NCBI GenBank assembly: GCA_010909165.1
Contig: MU008164.1
Location: 1,736,001 to 1,800,000 of the forward strand
DNA from: Anthoceros angustus
Lineage: Eukaryota > Plantae > Anthocerotophyta
DNA: 64,000 nucleotides
Direction of reading: 5' to 3'
Shown here: piece after piece, positions 1 through 12,887 of the stretch
How positions within the stretch are numbered: position 1 is the first letter of the stretch
Layout of the letters: each line of letters starts with the position of its first letter
Notes under the pieces: model-generated
The model's input: only the letters and a program-made list of their open reading frames with translations
Database searches by the model: none
What the model was told of the DNA's origin: nothing
Program-made: the position numbers and the translations under genes

Positions 1-350
1 TCTGGCCAGGCTGCGATTGGGCAGCCGCGTTTGCTTCTCCATTGTCTCCAAGGACTGGCAGTCTTCCTTAGCATCCACATATTTCACGCGCGTGTGACTC
101 CGTGGAGCCTCACCTGCACTTCCGGTGTGTAGAATGTAGTACGAGCTTGGCGAGTTGGCTTCTTTCGAGACGCGAGCTCAAACGCTGTCTGAAATGGGCA
201 GATGGAGGTTCTCGAGGTTAACTTGTCTTTCCTTCCTCTAGAATTCCAAACTTTCGGAATCCAAGAATACGTTGTGAAGGACGGATTGGTTTGCATCTTC
301 AAGGCTGACAGACAAACAGAAGCATGAAAGACCAAAGGTTGAAACTCAGA
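1..350 (+). pseudogene. F-box family fragment (F-box end to just before the acidic tract)
   Basis: DNA aligns by eye to 9701-10050 (LARL..GSR..FSIVSKDWQS; KDGLVCIFK). Contains stops and frameshifts and is truncated at about 350. Confidence 0.85.
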
Positions 351-355
351 GTGTG

Positions 356-960
356 TATCCCTAGCCGTCCCCATCCCCATCCCCTGCAACCCAGCGCCAT
401 ATAATTGAGAGACCGACATATGGGGACGCTGAGTCTCAGGCTTCTGTCCGTCAACCTTGAAGATGCATCAATCCGTCCTTGACAAGGAACTCCCGGGCTC
501 TGAAAGCATGGAGTTCAGGAGGAAGAAAAGACAAGCCAAACTCGAGATCCGCCAACTCCCCCTTTCAGACCCCGCTTGAGCGCTCGTCTCGAAACAATCC
601 AGCTCTCCAAGCTAGCTCGCCAAGGTCATACTGCAAGCTGTACACCGGAGGGTGCAAGTCCAGGCTCCACGGAATCATACAAGCCCTTCAAATCTGAAGA
701 TGCCAAGACAGACTGCCAGGGTTAACGATAGAGAAGCGAACGCGGCTGCCCAATGGCAGCCTTGCCAGAATCATCTCCAGACACTCTTGGTACAGATTAC
801 TCCACAAACAAGGCTTCATCTTGAAGCTGTGTGCATGCAACGGTTCCGCCAACCAACCTTGCAAGACTTGCAGCTGTTACAGGGTTTCTCGATCCATGTT
901 CGCACTTGAAGCAACTCATGCCTCTGATGATCATTGGTTGGTCCTCCCCAGCCTCCGCGT
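356..960 (-). pseudogene. F-box family fragment, inverted relative to 1-350
   Basis: Minus strand encodes RTWIEKP, WSNL..ECLEMILARLPLGSR and KDGL.IFKV. Homologous to 28780-29340. Confidence 0.85.
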
Positions 961-3352
961 GAGAAGACTGTCCCACAAAAAGACGACCCCTCCTCATCCC
1001 TGGCGAAGAACTGCGGCTCAGTCTCAGAAGTTCCTAGTTTCAGCAGGAAGGACAGCCATGACGAGCGCGCCGAGGCCCAAAACAAGGCCCCAAGTGCGTC
1101 CCTTAGGCAGGTAACGGTCGCTTGTCAGGGCGCCCGGCCTCGAACGTTCTCGGCCGTGGCACCCCCTTCAAGCGACGGTGACCTAATACGACCACTCGGG
1201 CGACCAGCCAGCTCAGTCCAATAAAGTTCCCAGCCCTCCTCATCCCTGGCGGCTTCAGTCTGAGAAGTTCCTAGTTCCGGCGGGAATGACAGAATCACAG
1301 GCATTTCAAACCCTTGTGTGACTGGGATTTCTACGGCAGAAGTGGCCAGCCAATACCTAGAACCGTTATTCTTTTATTAGCGAATATATTCGTATACGCC
1401 CCGTATGCATGCTCTGTCTAACGCCATGTTCGACACTTTCACCAGAAAGGATGTGGTGACATAGGCGGCACTAGAGCTGGCTGGGTATGCAATGCAAGGG
1501 CTCAGCCAATAGAGCAAGAGAGCCTGATTGTGGCTGACCATGTTACTTTTGCTTGCATGCATTCTGAAGGCCTGTGCAAGCACTGGCGCCTGACAGAAAG
1601 GCAGGGAGCAACTGCACTTCCAAATTGTGGAAGGGGGACAGGTATAATGTGACATTTTGATGGGCAACAGTACTGACTGCCTGGTGGACGTGTATGCAAA
1701 ATTTAACGAACTGCAAGATGCACGCCGGGTGTTTGACAGTTGGGCCTCTCAAGGAATGTGGTGCCATGTACTTCCTTGACAGCTGGGTACGCACAGAAAG
1801 GGCTCTGTGAAGAGTGCTTGATCTGTGTGCAGCAACAGAGTAGGAGCTCCTGGTTTTGACTATCGAGGTTCCTTTTGCTTGCCTTTTCAAGGCGGATGGG
1901 AGCACTTGTGCCTTGCAAAATCTGAGGGCAGGCAGCTCTAATCACAGATTGTAAAACGAAGGTTGCTGAAAGTGACACGCTGGTGGGTATGGCGAAGGTA
2001 TTCTTGTAACGATCCATATCCCGGAAATCAAAAGGACATGGGGTAGAATTGTAGGTTGTAGATTGTAGATGACATGTAATGGAAAGACTCAAGGGCGAGG
2101 AGCTTGACGATGTGGACTACTCTTTCAGGTCCCTGCAACTGTGTCCTACCTACCCAGGTCCCAGAGTCAGAGTCCGAAGCTGCCGCTGCTGCTGCTGGCA
2201 ACAATTTTGTTTTGCTTGCAGATGGACTCGTTCTTGTGGCCAAACCAGTAGAAAAAACCCAGCTTGCATAGTCCAGTTCGGTACAGGTTGCATTCATACG
2301 TCTACCAGTTAAGACTAGTGCCCACAAGCATGCCTTTTGTGTGCATACACCGTCGGCGTTCCTGCTTGCATCACATAGGGACAATCGTCATCGTCTTTCT
2401 AGCTTCCACGGTGACATAGAGGTGAGGAGACGAAGGCATCATGTAAGTCGACATGCCTGCCTGTCAAAAGCTGCAAGATTCTACGGGATGCTTTTCTCCA
2501 AAATGTCCATACAGATCAAGCCTCTTTATCAACGTTAACAAAGCCCTTGCTGACATTACATGCCCAGATATCAGCAGGACATTCCTTGTACCTCACCTCT
2601 TTTGAGTCCAAACCGTGAATAGCCTAGCGTGCATCTTCCACTTCGCCACATTTATTTGTCAGGACTCCATTTTCATGGCCACCAAGAGTCCTGACACTAT
2701 TTGCATGCCCACCGGGCAGCTGCCCACCAAGCATGTCTCTTGTGTGGCCCCTTTTGTGTGCATACACCGTCGGCGTTCCTGCTTGCATCACATAGCTGGG
2801 ACAATCGTCATCGGCTTTCCAGCATTCCACGGTGACAGCTTGAGAGGCTAGGAGACGAAGGCATCGACATGCCTGCCTCTCAAAAGTTGCAACGTTCTAC
2901 GGGATGCCTTTCTCCATTTGTCCATACAGATCTTGCAATTGCAAGAATGCCTCTTCATCAACAGCGCCCTTGCTGACAGTACATGCCCAGCTATCATCCT
3001 CAGGGTATTCCATGTCCCCACCTCTTTGCAGTTCAAACCGTGAATGACCTAGCGTACGCGTGCATCTTCCACTTCACCACATTTGTCCTCCATGCCCACC
3101 AAGCAGCTGCCCACCGATGTGACATGTCATTTTCTAGCTGCGCTGTTTCCAACAATTTTTGCGAGTGCAGATGCCTGCCCTCTTGCAAGGCACCAGTGCA
3201 TCCACAGGCCTTGAAAAGGCAAGCAAAAATAACCTCGGCAGGCTAGCTAAACTAGCCTAGGCGCTCCTACTCCACTTCTGCACACACATCTAGCGCCTAC
3301 CTCTTCACAGAGCCCTTTCACGCGTGCGTACCCATGAGCTGTCTGGACGTCC
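790..3352. repeat. Segmental duplication, copy A (paralogous to about 16980-19331)
   Basis: Collinear, highly similar sequence, e.g. 1224-1700 vs 17220-17670, 1715-2600 vs 17670-18580, 2600-3352 vs 18585-19331. Confidence 0.9.
1400..2000 (+). pseudogene. PLS-class PPR gene fragments
   Basis: Degenerate motifs MFDTFTRKDVVT, AGYAMQG, TFAC.LKACASTGA, LVDVYAK...LQDARRVFD. Confidence 0.8.
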
Positions 3353-3770
3353 ATGTGGATCCGTCCACACCCGACCCGGCCTGCATCTTGTACTTCGTCA
3401 GATTTTGCACACATGTCCACCATCCAGGTAGCTGTCCACCAGAATGTCACTTTGTGGCTGTCCTGTTTCCACATTTACAAGTGCAGCTGCCTGCCCCTGC
3501 TGTCAGTTACGTACCAGTGCTTGCACAGGCCTTCAGAAAGGCAAGCAAAAGTAACACGGTCAACCACAATCAGGCCCTCCTGCTCTCTTGCCTGAGCCCT
3601 CGCTTGGCTGTGCATACCCAGCATTGAGCAAGCAGTGCCGTCCATGTCACCACAATATCCCTCCTGGTCCAGATGTCAAAAAGCCTGCGTTCATCTTCCA
3701 CTTCACCACATTTTGCATACATGTCCTGCCGAGTTGAGGGAAATGCCACTGGGCAATACATCTCAGTATC
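2300..3770 (-). pseudogene. PLS-class PPR gene fragments
   Basis: DMYAKCGEVED, KCGEVEDAR, EVGTWNT..MIAGH and LKAC.TGAL remnants in several frames. Confidence 0.8.
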
Positions 3771-3990
3771 TCAGTAGTGCGGCGCACTTTCTGACGGATC
3801 CCAAGTTCACGGCGAGTTCACAAGCTTTAAGGCCAGCTACAATCTACAGTATCATCTCCAATCTCATACCCTGTCATTCCGTGCATCCATGGATCCGCTG
3901 GCGTCCACATTTTAAGCCCTTGTCCTCGATGCTCAATTGGCCCCGCCGCCAAATCAGAACTAGAGTCAAGATGGTACTGAGGTTGAATTC

Positions 3991-4386
3991 TGAACACTTC
4001 ATTGGACAGATAGAGATACAGTAGGGGTAATTTTGAACACTTCATTGAACAGATGCAGATACAGTAGGGGTAATTTTGAGCACTTCATTGGACAGATACA
4101 GATACAGTAGAGGTATACGTAATCTCGCACAGAGACCACACATGAGGGGGCACTGGCCTCGCGCAGAGACCACACACGAGGGGGCACTGGCCTCGCGCAG
4201 AGACCACACACGAGGGGGCACTGGCCTCGCGCAGAGACCACACACGGGGGAGGCCAGCGCGCCCAGGTGAACTGGGGCGATTTCGACTCTAATATAAGAC
4301 ATCTAATATTTACCCAACCGCCAGCGCGCCCAGGTGAACTGGGGCGATTTAGACTCTAATCTAAGACATCTAGTATTTACCCAACT
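3991..4386. repeat. Cluster of three short tandem repeats: 43 bp x3 (3991-4112), 34 bp x3.5 (4124-4245), 67 bp x2 (4253-4386)
   Basis: Units start TGAACACTTCATTG at 3991/4034/4077, CTCGCGCAGAGACCAC at 4124/4158/4192/4226, and CCAGCGCGCCCAGGTGAACTGG at 4254/4321. Confidence 0.95.
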
Positions 4387-4390
4387 GGGC

Positions 4391-5585
4391 TGAAAGGTTA
4401 TGAGAGAATGAAAGATTGTGGAAGAATGGTTCCCCATCCCAGTATTGATCCGCGGTGCGCTTAACTGGAGTTCTCATGTCATGTGTTGGACAAAATGGAA
4501 GTGAGGTTAGAAATGGAAGGATAGCTTATATATTAAATTAATTAAATTATCTATATAATACATATAATAATATTCTGTTAAAATATAATAATCCACTCAT
4601 AATTAGATAATAAATCTGCATGTTTAAGTGTAGGTCAAGACTTTGATTGAAGTCATAGAGCATAGGATACAAGCATAAAGGCACTAGGATGTACACTCTA
4701 GCAAGGAAATTACCCTTTGGGCCACCATTCTTGCCCACAATATGCACTATAGATGACATGAATCATCTGCTCCTTCTCTTTGCTTTCCGTGTTTCTATAA
4801 TTGTTCTCGTCGGGAATCCATTCTTACCGATTTCTTGTCAAGCTTCGATTGCATACCTGTGTAGGGGATGCTCTCTCTCAACATCCTTAAGGCAATGCCG
4901 AGCTACTCAATCCTTTCATAGGCGCAAAGGTAAATTCAATCCAAACAGAAACCTTGCAGGCGAACCCTCACAGAAAGTGGCCGCATTGATCAACAACCAA
5001 ACCAGGATGCATAGAAGAGGACAGGCTGATATGGGTGGAACAAGTATCGAGCTTGGTAGGCCACCAACTAGCTAGCTTGTAAGCAAAAACTTCAGATCCT
5101 ATGCAGCTTGTGAGAGCGCTGCCAAAGTCTAAAGATTGGATGATGGGTTCTGTCGTGCGAGCATCATTTACTGTCTTCAGCGGCTTATGTTTAATTAGAA
5201 GCTGGCTATAATTAATTATATAATCATAAGAATCAGAAAATAATTACTTTCATACTCACATGCCTACCTATTTGTTGCAGCTATACACATAATTCACTTT
5301 CGCACTAGTACCCTGCATTCACTGTGACACACACCACTTCAAAATTGCAACACTCTTTGGTGGCTTGGTGTTCAGGGTGTCAATTTCTTATCCACCTTCT
5401 CACACCATCTTAACACAATGCTTGGTCTCTCTCCTCTCACCTCACCCTGCTAGTTATTGCTCCCCTTATCACACCCATTTTATACTCAATCACTTCTTCT
5501 CCTCCATCATGACTGTGAGAAGGAGCTCCCCTATCACAACCATTTTATACTCTTCCCCTCTTCCTCTTGCAACATGATTGTAACA
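4391..5585 (-). repeat. Putative 3' LTR of element A
   Basis: On the minus strand it starts TGTTACA 4 nt after a PPT-like GGGGGAGAGAGAGG and ends ...CTTTCA at 4391. No partner LTR was found. Confidence 0.5.
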
Positions 5586-8500
5586 AGGACCTCTCTCTCC
5601 CCCGGGGGGTATCCTTCTCTTCCTATTTTATCTCCTTTGCATATCCTTTGTATACGTATATATGTATATAGGCTTCAAGACATAAGTATGTGTAAGTATG
5701 TGTACATATATATGTACACATCCTTCCGTTATACTCATATTATATTAGTGTACTTATATTTACCTCCGTTGTATACGTATATACATATATAGGCTTCAAG
5801 ATTTGTTTATGTACTAATATGTATGTGCTAAACCTTATGTCACTCTCATACCTTGCATATATATATGTTTGATTTTATTGACAAATTAATTGGAATTTTT
5901 GGACACTTCAAGCGTCCTCTATCCCTTTCGACTTTGTTGCCACGATGCCATTGGCTTTGACTACGGTGTCGTCTTCCAAGTGATATGAACATATGCGTCT
6001 TGCGTGCAATACGAACATTTGCCTCACTGGCGGCGGCGTCACTTGGTGACTCTTCGCACCAACACCATTGTTTTCGTGGTTCCTCCACAACTTCCTAGAC
6101 CTATCCGTGACCTCAATTACCACTTTGACGCGTAAGACCCTCAGAATGCTGGGCTACAAAGGTGGGAAGACCAATTCCCCTCTTGTTCGATTGACCATCA
6201 CCGGTCCACCCATGCCTTTGGCGACTCCGGTCGCAAGAAAATGGCTCTGAACATTCACATTCCCCCTCCACAAACGGCCCACCTGCCACGGTTGTTTTCC
6301 AGATTGCATTCAGCATGCGCTCCCGCATTAATCTCGAGGATGCCGGAATCCCAGTGGTGGCTCCCGTGTACCATCTCCAACCAAGGTTGGCCCAAAATTA
6401 GATTATATGCGGAACCAGGTACTTCAACGACCGTAAACCCAATTCTCACCTTGATCCTATGTACAACTACCTTCACGTTCTCTATTACCCCGAGTACGGG
6501 TAGTGGGGTGTTTGAGGCATCCCTGAAGACTTGTGGGCAAGCGATTCTTCTTGTGGAGGTAAGACCAAAAACGGTCAGCCATCTCGAATTGATCAGTTGG
6601 TGGAGGCACCGACATCTACCATAACATCTCGTGGCTTCAACATCGCTTTACATATGCCGTGACAGATATACAGCGTATTTCCTCAGCCATCCCATTGGAT
6701 AGGCGGATGATTCCGCCAAGAACTTTTAATGCACCGACACTTTCAATTTCGCCTTTCCTTCGCCTTCTTAGGCTTGGGTTCCCTGGTACTCAAAGCAGAG
6801 GTCATTTCACGGCGAGCAGATGGCAACATCCCAAACAACTTGGGAAAGGTCATTTTTACTTCCCGATCTGCAATATCTTCTACTAGCAAATACCGGTGCG
6901 CCCCTGAGATAGTAGCACCCTTTTTCCTTCTTTTCTTTGGCTTGTTGACAACAGATGCGTCATGCATCTCCACTTCGGGACCAGCAAACGTGGTGTCCTT
7001 CTTTGTTGCTTTCCGTGGCTTGTCCTCCTCATCGATTTCGCTTCTTGTGTGAGGTATTGGCATCGGTAATGAGGAGGTCCGGAACGTGTGCGTGGCGTGA
7101 AAACACCATGCACGCGCCGCAGTACTTGGTTCCTCCTCCACAACAACAGAGTTGGATTTCCCAAGCATCCGCCCGGAAATCGACCACGAGCTGCCGGCTC
7201 CACGTCCCGTCCGCCTCTTCCACTTGATGAAGCCACAGATTCTTTGGGCAGCGCCACTCGACGTGACGCGCCCGCGCCGCGAACGCAAGGAGCTTTGGTA
7301 TGCACACCATGGTATGCTCAATTGCTCCACACTTCTTAGGCTCCGGATCGTGGCATGGCGGTTCATATATCTTCTCCAACTCTAAGCGGGTGATATGAGC
7401 CACATGTTGTTGATCTTCCTCAAAAGCTGTTCGACTTGCGTTTTTCCTTGATGTGCAGCGATTGCATCTTCAGCTTCGGTCCTTGCTTGCAACTTCTCCT
7501 GGGGATGGGTGAGCTTGGAGCCGCTTTTAGTTCGTCGATGAGGAGTATTTGCTCGCATCAAAATCGAATCGGACTTGTTAGATGTCTGGGGTGATGACGA
7601 AACCATCTTCTGGGTGGTGGCAGACGTGGTTTTGTTCTATCCGTTCCATGGCTATCTCAATGGCCAGGGAAAGTGTCACAACCTCGGCCCATTTTCCGAC
7701 TATAGAATTCGTCTCTTAACCCTCTGACGAACCGCCGCTTGACCTTGCTGAGCTTTTCAGGAGTCACATAGGCCAGCTTCTTGACCAGGATACGGGATCG
7801 CTCAGCATAATCTTCAATCGACTCATGATCTCCTTGGTATAATCAGTCAAGGGCGTCTTTGCTATCTGTATGGAAGGTTGGCCTTCTAAACTTGGTAAGG
7901 AAGGCACTGCAGAGGCCAGACCAATCTAATCTATAGGCATCCTCCAAGGTTTCAAACCAGGCCTCAGCCTCACCATGAAGAGAAGCAGGGAAAAGTTTTG
8001 TATACTTCTTCTCTGTTCCCATCATGTGAGTCTTGAGAATCCTACGGAATAGCCAGAGCTGTTCGTCAGGGTCTTCCCGTGGGGTCCCATAGAATGCTGG
8101 AAGCACTGACATATCCTCGACTTTCCTTGCACCAGATGAGTCTGAAAACGTCATTATGTCCTAGCTCTTCTAAATTTTAGTCCCTATCTATCATCCTATC
8201 ATTAATCCGTCGTTGGTTTTGTATCGGAAAGCCTGAAGGCCCGGAAGCACCACTCGGTCAAGCGTCGAGATGAGGATACACTGGGTGACTCGTCAAGAAC
8301 CGTCAAGCGCAAGTCAAGAAAGCAATCAACCGCAAGAGGATGGCCATTTTGATTGCTTCCTTACATAAGAGAAAGAAATTCGTGGACCTACACAACAGGG
8401 CAGAGAGGCAGGCAATTAAGGGCAGCCACATGTATTGGAATCATCAAAACACCAGGTCTACTCAAACCTGTGCAGGTCCCGCCGGGGGTGCCATTGTTAA

Positions 8501-9150
8501 GGTGTATCTAACTTTAAGCATGAACTATGTATCCGGACCTACAGACACATGCATGGGAAGGTAAGGTTACTAGACCGTATTCTTGCTCGTGACAAGATTG
8601 TGCCAAATCGTGGTCACCCTTCGTACTATCGATATGGCGAGTTGAACCGGAACGATGAACTGGCTGCAATGAACCCGATCAAGCAGGCATACGCATACAT
8701 CAAAGGTGATAGGATGAGGTCACTGCAAGAGGATCTATCTATTGTAATTCACAGCACCACAGTCCACTCGTGATTACACACAAATGGTTAGATGCCTCCT
8801 CGGTCCTTCGTGTCCTTCATACACTTTTCTCGCACAAGCAATCAAGGTCACGGCGAGAATTCAAGAGAGCGTGGCTCCAACCTCGATGGGGAGAGATCCT
8901 CTCAAGCATGGGCACGGATACTGTGCTCTCGGTATTCTCGTTGTACTTGCCCAGGAAAATGGAATACAATTTTTAGGATGTCCAAGGCATGTTTTCCTAC
9001 GCTTTAACTACAGTGACAGTCTTGTAAGTTATGGCCACTCACGTTTTCCCATAGCTAGTCCCTATAGCTCCTGGATGCCCGCTCTCATGTCCACCGTACT
9101 CATGCTGGCTCTTTCTTGACAAAAGCACAATCTAATCTTCCTCCTAACAG
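4391..9150 (-). mobile_element. Non-autonomous Ty3/gypsy-like element A (gag + protease only)
   Basis: Gag at 7843-8154 (LPAFYGTPREDPDEQL...LFPASLHGEAEAWF), a zinc-knuckle remnant at about 7300-7335, and a protease (VMVDVGAST; YNLILGQPWL, 6255-6630). A purine tract at 5590-5603 is followed by TGTTACA. No RT or integrase seen; the right boundary is uncertain. Confidence 0.75.
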
Positions 9151-9380
9151 TATCTATGTATTTGTTTGGGTGTCGCTATGAAGTGTCGCATAGACGGCCT
9201 GGTTCGACTTCCTGTAAGAGTTCCTAAGCGGGAAACGACTTTAAATCTTGCTCTTGCCCTAAAAACATTGAGACGTATCTATGTATTTGTTTGGGTGTCG
9301 CTATGAAGTGTCGCATTGACGGCCTAGTTCGACTTCCTGTAGGAGTTTGTAAGCCGGAGACGACTTTATAAATCTTGCTC
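9151..9380. repeat. 125-bp tandem duplication upstream of the F-box gene (also at about 58690-58925)
   Basis: TATCTATGTATTTGTTTGGGTGTCGCTATGAAGTGTCGCAT starts at both 9151 and 9276. Confidence 0.9.
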
Positions 9381-9418
9381 CGCGCAAACTGGCAACTTCT
9401 TACCGTGGAGAGTCTCTC

Positions 9419-11770
9419 ATGGCGTCCAGGTCTCTCGCGGGGAAGATGAGATTGTGCGACAAATGTATCCGCGTGAAGGATGTGTGCCAGGAATGTAAGG
9501 AATACGATCCGGGATGGGACAATTACGGAAGGTGCGAGGTCATCAGAGCCACAAGGTGCTCTTTGTGCCGCACATGGATTGGAAAACCCCATTTCGAGCT
9601 GCGAGTGTTGGATGGTCGGTTGGCGGAACCGTTGGATCCACACACCTTGGCGATGAAGCCTTTTTGTGGAGCAATCTCCCGAGGAGTGTCTGCATATAAT
9701 TCTGGCCAGGCTGCCATTCGGCAGCCGCATTCCTTCTCCATCGTTTCCAAGACCTGGCAGTCCCTGTTGGTATCTTTGGATTTCAAGCGCTTATGTGACT
9801 CTGTGGAGCCTCGACCTGCATTTCCGGTGTGTAGAATGCAGTACCAGCTTGGCGAGCTGGCTTCTTTCGAGACGCGAGCTCAAACGCCCTCTGAAATCGG
9901 GGAGTTGGAGGTTCTCCAAGTTGGGTTGTCCTTTCTTCCTCTCAAATTCCAGTCTTTCGGAGCCCAGGAGTTCGTTGTGAAGGATGGATTGGTCTGCATC
10001 TTCAAGGTTGACCGACAGAAGCCAGCTGCAAGACCCAAGGTTGAAACTCAGCGGATCCGAATGGATGAGAAACAGGATGAGGAAAGGAGGAGGAGAGTGA
10101 TGGGAACGGGATGCTGAGGAGAGGATGAGAACGATGAGGAGGAGGAGATGGATGGGGATGGGGACAGGGATGGGGAGGAGGATGATGGGAAAGAGGAAGA
10201 CGAAGAGCACGAGGATGATCAGGAAGACAAAGACGAAGAGGACGAGGATGATGAGGAAGACGAAGACGAAGACGAAGACGTAGAGGGCGAGGATGACGAG
10301 GAAGAGGAGGAGGGAGGAGGAGGATGAGGAGAGGTATTCGACGGCAGAGGATGAGGATATGCATAAGTGCTATCGAGATTATGATGACGATTGCAAGAAG
10401 GCAGAAGGTATGAGTTTCTGCGTTGCCAATCCTATTCTGAGAACATTCAAAGTGCTGCCACCGGAGCCGGGCATGGAAGCTGACTTTCACGGCTACCCAG
10501 AATCCTGGAGAGTCCAGCTTGAGGTGGAAGAAAGCGGACATTTCACCCTCATTGTTTTGTGTATGCGGACAGATAAACCAACTGTAAGCATCTACAGGTC
10601 CAAGGACAAGGATAATAGGTGGGACGCCACTGCTTTGACTCAGCCACTCTGGTTTTCTGTGAAAATGCGCTCAAACGACTTTCCTCAGTATTTTTTGTGT
10701 AATGCTGAACTGTGCGAAGCAAAGTGGGGCGCCAGGTGGGGCAACTCGATGAACATGCACTGTCTCAAAAGTGGCCGGGTTATTTGGGATGGCAACCCGG
10801 GTAACATAAGTATTGACGATGATGGGGATATGGAGCCAAGAGATATCCAGAATCCTTTGCGTGGGGGAGAATTTTTGCCTTGAACAAGACGACCAGCAGG
10901 ACAACTTGGTGGATTTTGGGATTTTGGCAGCTGGAAAGGAGCCCATACATGTGGCGGAAGGTATCGTTTCTGCCCGAGCATTTGCAGAAAGAGCTCTTGG
11001 GACCAGGCAGGTACCGGAGGCGGGCGAGGAGTCGGAGGAGCACCTTGTATGGAGCAACCTTGTTGGGTGATACAATGTTCTTCATTATTGCTACTGGCAT
11101 TGTCTCCGACCGTGAAGACGGCTTGTACACGCACTTGGTGGGATACAACATTCCCCACCGAAAATGGAGTCTCATTTCCACAGGCAAAGGCGAGAGTGCC
11201 TCATTCTGGAGCAACTCGTGTCGTCTCTTTCGACCGAATGATATGGGTGTTTGACAGTTTCCGTTGTTTCAACTCTGTCAGTGTGTGCTTTCAAACAGTC
11301 AAGTACCTGGTGTTGGAAGCTCTGTCCAAGTTCGTAGCGAAGTTGAATGGGTAGAACCTCAGACCCGGAGAGAAGTAGCTAGCCGAAGGTGTCCAGAGGC
11401 TGCCAATCAATTCCAGCAAAAGGTCTGAAGTAGTTTTGGTTGACAACATTGAGACACAAAAGAAGTGCTCACCACTTTCCTTCAATTTTGCATCTGCAGA
11501 GGGCTTTGATTTTCCTTTTCCGTTGCAGAGGAAGATGGCACTGCTCGTTATCTTGCCAAGTGCATAGACTCTTGTACCAAACATGTGCAGAATCTGTTCT
11601 CGTAGGTCACCAAAACTGGTTTTTATTACTCTGTCTGCTGGAAGCCCCAGTGCAAGGTGATGGAGGAAGAGTGAGCCAGCCTATGTGTGCGTTATCGGCC
11701 TCCATGGATAGGGCTATGATAATATGGACACCCGGCGCGTATATGGGATATATATGGTTTCAATGACGCT
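9419..11770 (+). pseudogene. F-box protein (Cys-rich N-terminus, F-box, acidic insertion, propeller-like C-terminus), frameshifted
   Basis: Assembled from ORFs 9419, 9514, 9666, 10293 and 10880: WSNLPEECLHIILARLP..., GLVCIFKV, D/E tract, FCVANPILRTFKVLPP. Several frameshifts; probable intron at about 11420-11528. Confidence 0.85.
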
Positions 11771-11859
11771 AATGTCAGGAAGTCCTCATGTTGGTAGAGG
11801 ACAGCCTTTTTCTGATCAAACCGCTTCCTAAGGAGAAAATTATTGAGGAAAAGCAATCA

Positions 11860-12140
11860 ATCACATAGACGGCTCACGTCCAAGTAGCCATAGCTGCAGC
11901 CTCGAGCTGGCGCACAGTACCGGCATCGGAACCGAAAGTCTGCCGACATGGGGGCAAACAGGAGCGAAGCTGGGCGGCCTGCTGCACGTCCGGGTTCTGG
12001 CTGATGAGCGCGGCGAAGACCAGGGCCGGAACGGTTCCCCTGTTGTTCTGGAAGTGCAGGAGGTCCCAGGGAAACACGAACAGGTCGCCTGCAATCAGCG
12101 TCTCCCGAAACAAGGTTTCAGCTTGACTTGTGCTCTTCAC
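11860..12140 (-). pseudogene. Germin-like protein (cupin) C-terminal fragment
   Basis: [33 protein letters not shown] matches germin box 2. The N-terminal half is absent. Confidence 0.85.
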
Positions 12141-12195
12141 TCGTTGTCGACATGAGCAGAGTCGTGAACTCCATCGCGAGGCTCAAGATTTACGT

Positions 12196-12450
12196 TTAGC
12201 TCCAGCCCCAGGTATGTATGTACATAGAATGTGCAGAGATGAGTAATGCCAAAGATTCATGTCCACCAGGTAAGTGCCCACAAGCATGTTTTTGTGGGTC
12301 CTTGTGTTTGGCACAATCACTTGCACACGCCACCAGCAGGCAAGAAAAGCTAACGTTGCAAACCTGCTTTATTAGTCCATGCAGTGCCGCTTGGCGGTCA
12401 AGCATCCCACATTTTGCATCCATTACCACCAGGCAAAATATTGCCAATCC
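12196..12450 (-). pseudogene. PPR fragment
   Basis: LVVMDAKCGML, VSFSCLLVACAS, ALLISAHSMY. Confidence 0.65.
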
Positions 12451-12887
12451 CTACGAGTAGCTGTATTATCCACGAGGTATGTCTCGTTGGAGGATCAGGG
12501 GCCAGCTGATGCCCCACCCTTAAGTCAGGAGGGCATTGAAGCAACACGAGTTCAGCCACACCTTCGAGTTATCCGGGCTTCCGTCCGGCAGTTGAGTGCA
12601 CACATATTAACAATGTCTAAAACGGATCTCTGCCGGGTGCAGTATGTTGTCAAGGGTGAGAGGAGGGGCCGCTATCTTCCACCACAATTGTCTGATGGGA
12701 GCAGGCGTACCTAGTCTCATCGTAAAGCCCCGTGTGGAAGACCATGGTTATCTTCCAAGAATTTAAGAAATAAAATAAAAACTAACCAAGAGAATAGGAA
12801 AACGGTCTACATGTTTTTGGGCAGAACACAGGGTGGTCATTCGGACTCCGCGACCCAGCCAGATCGGACTGGCTAATTCTTCATTTT

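Noticed and set aside
3991-4386. CRISPR-like array
   Set aside because: Head-to-tail tandem units without unique spacers, no cas genes, eukaryotic context.
12460-12760. Possible solo LTR or small insertion
   Set aside because: No convincing termini, TSD or second copy in the window.
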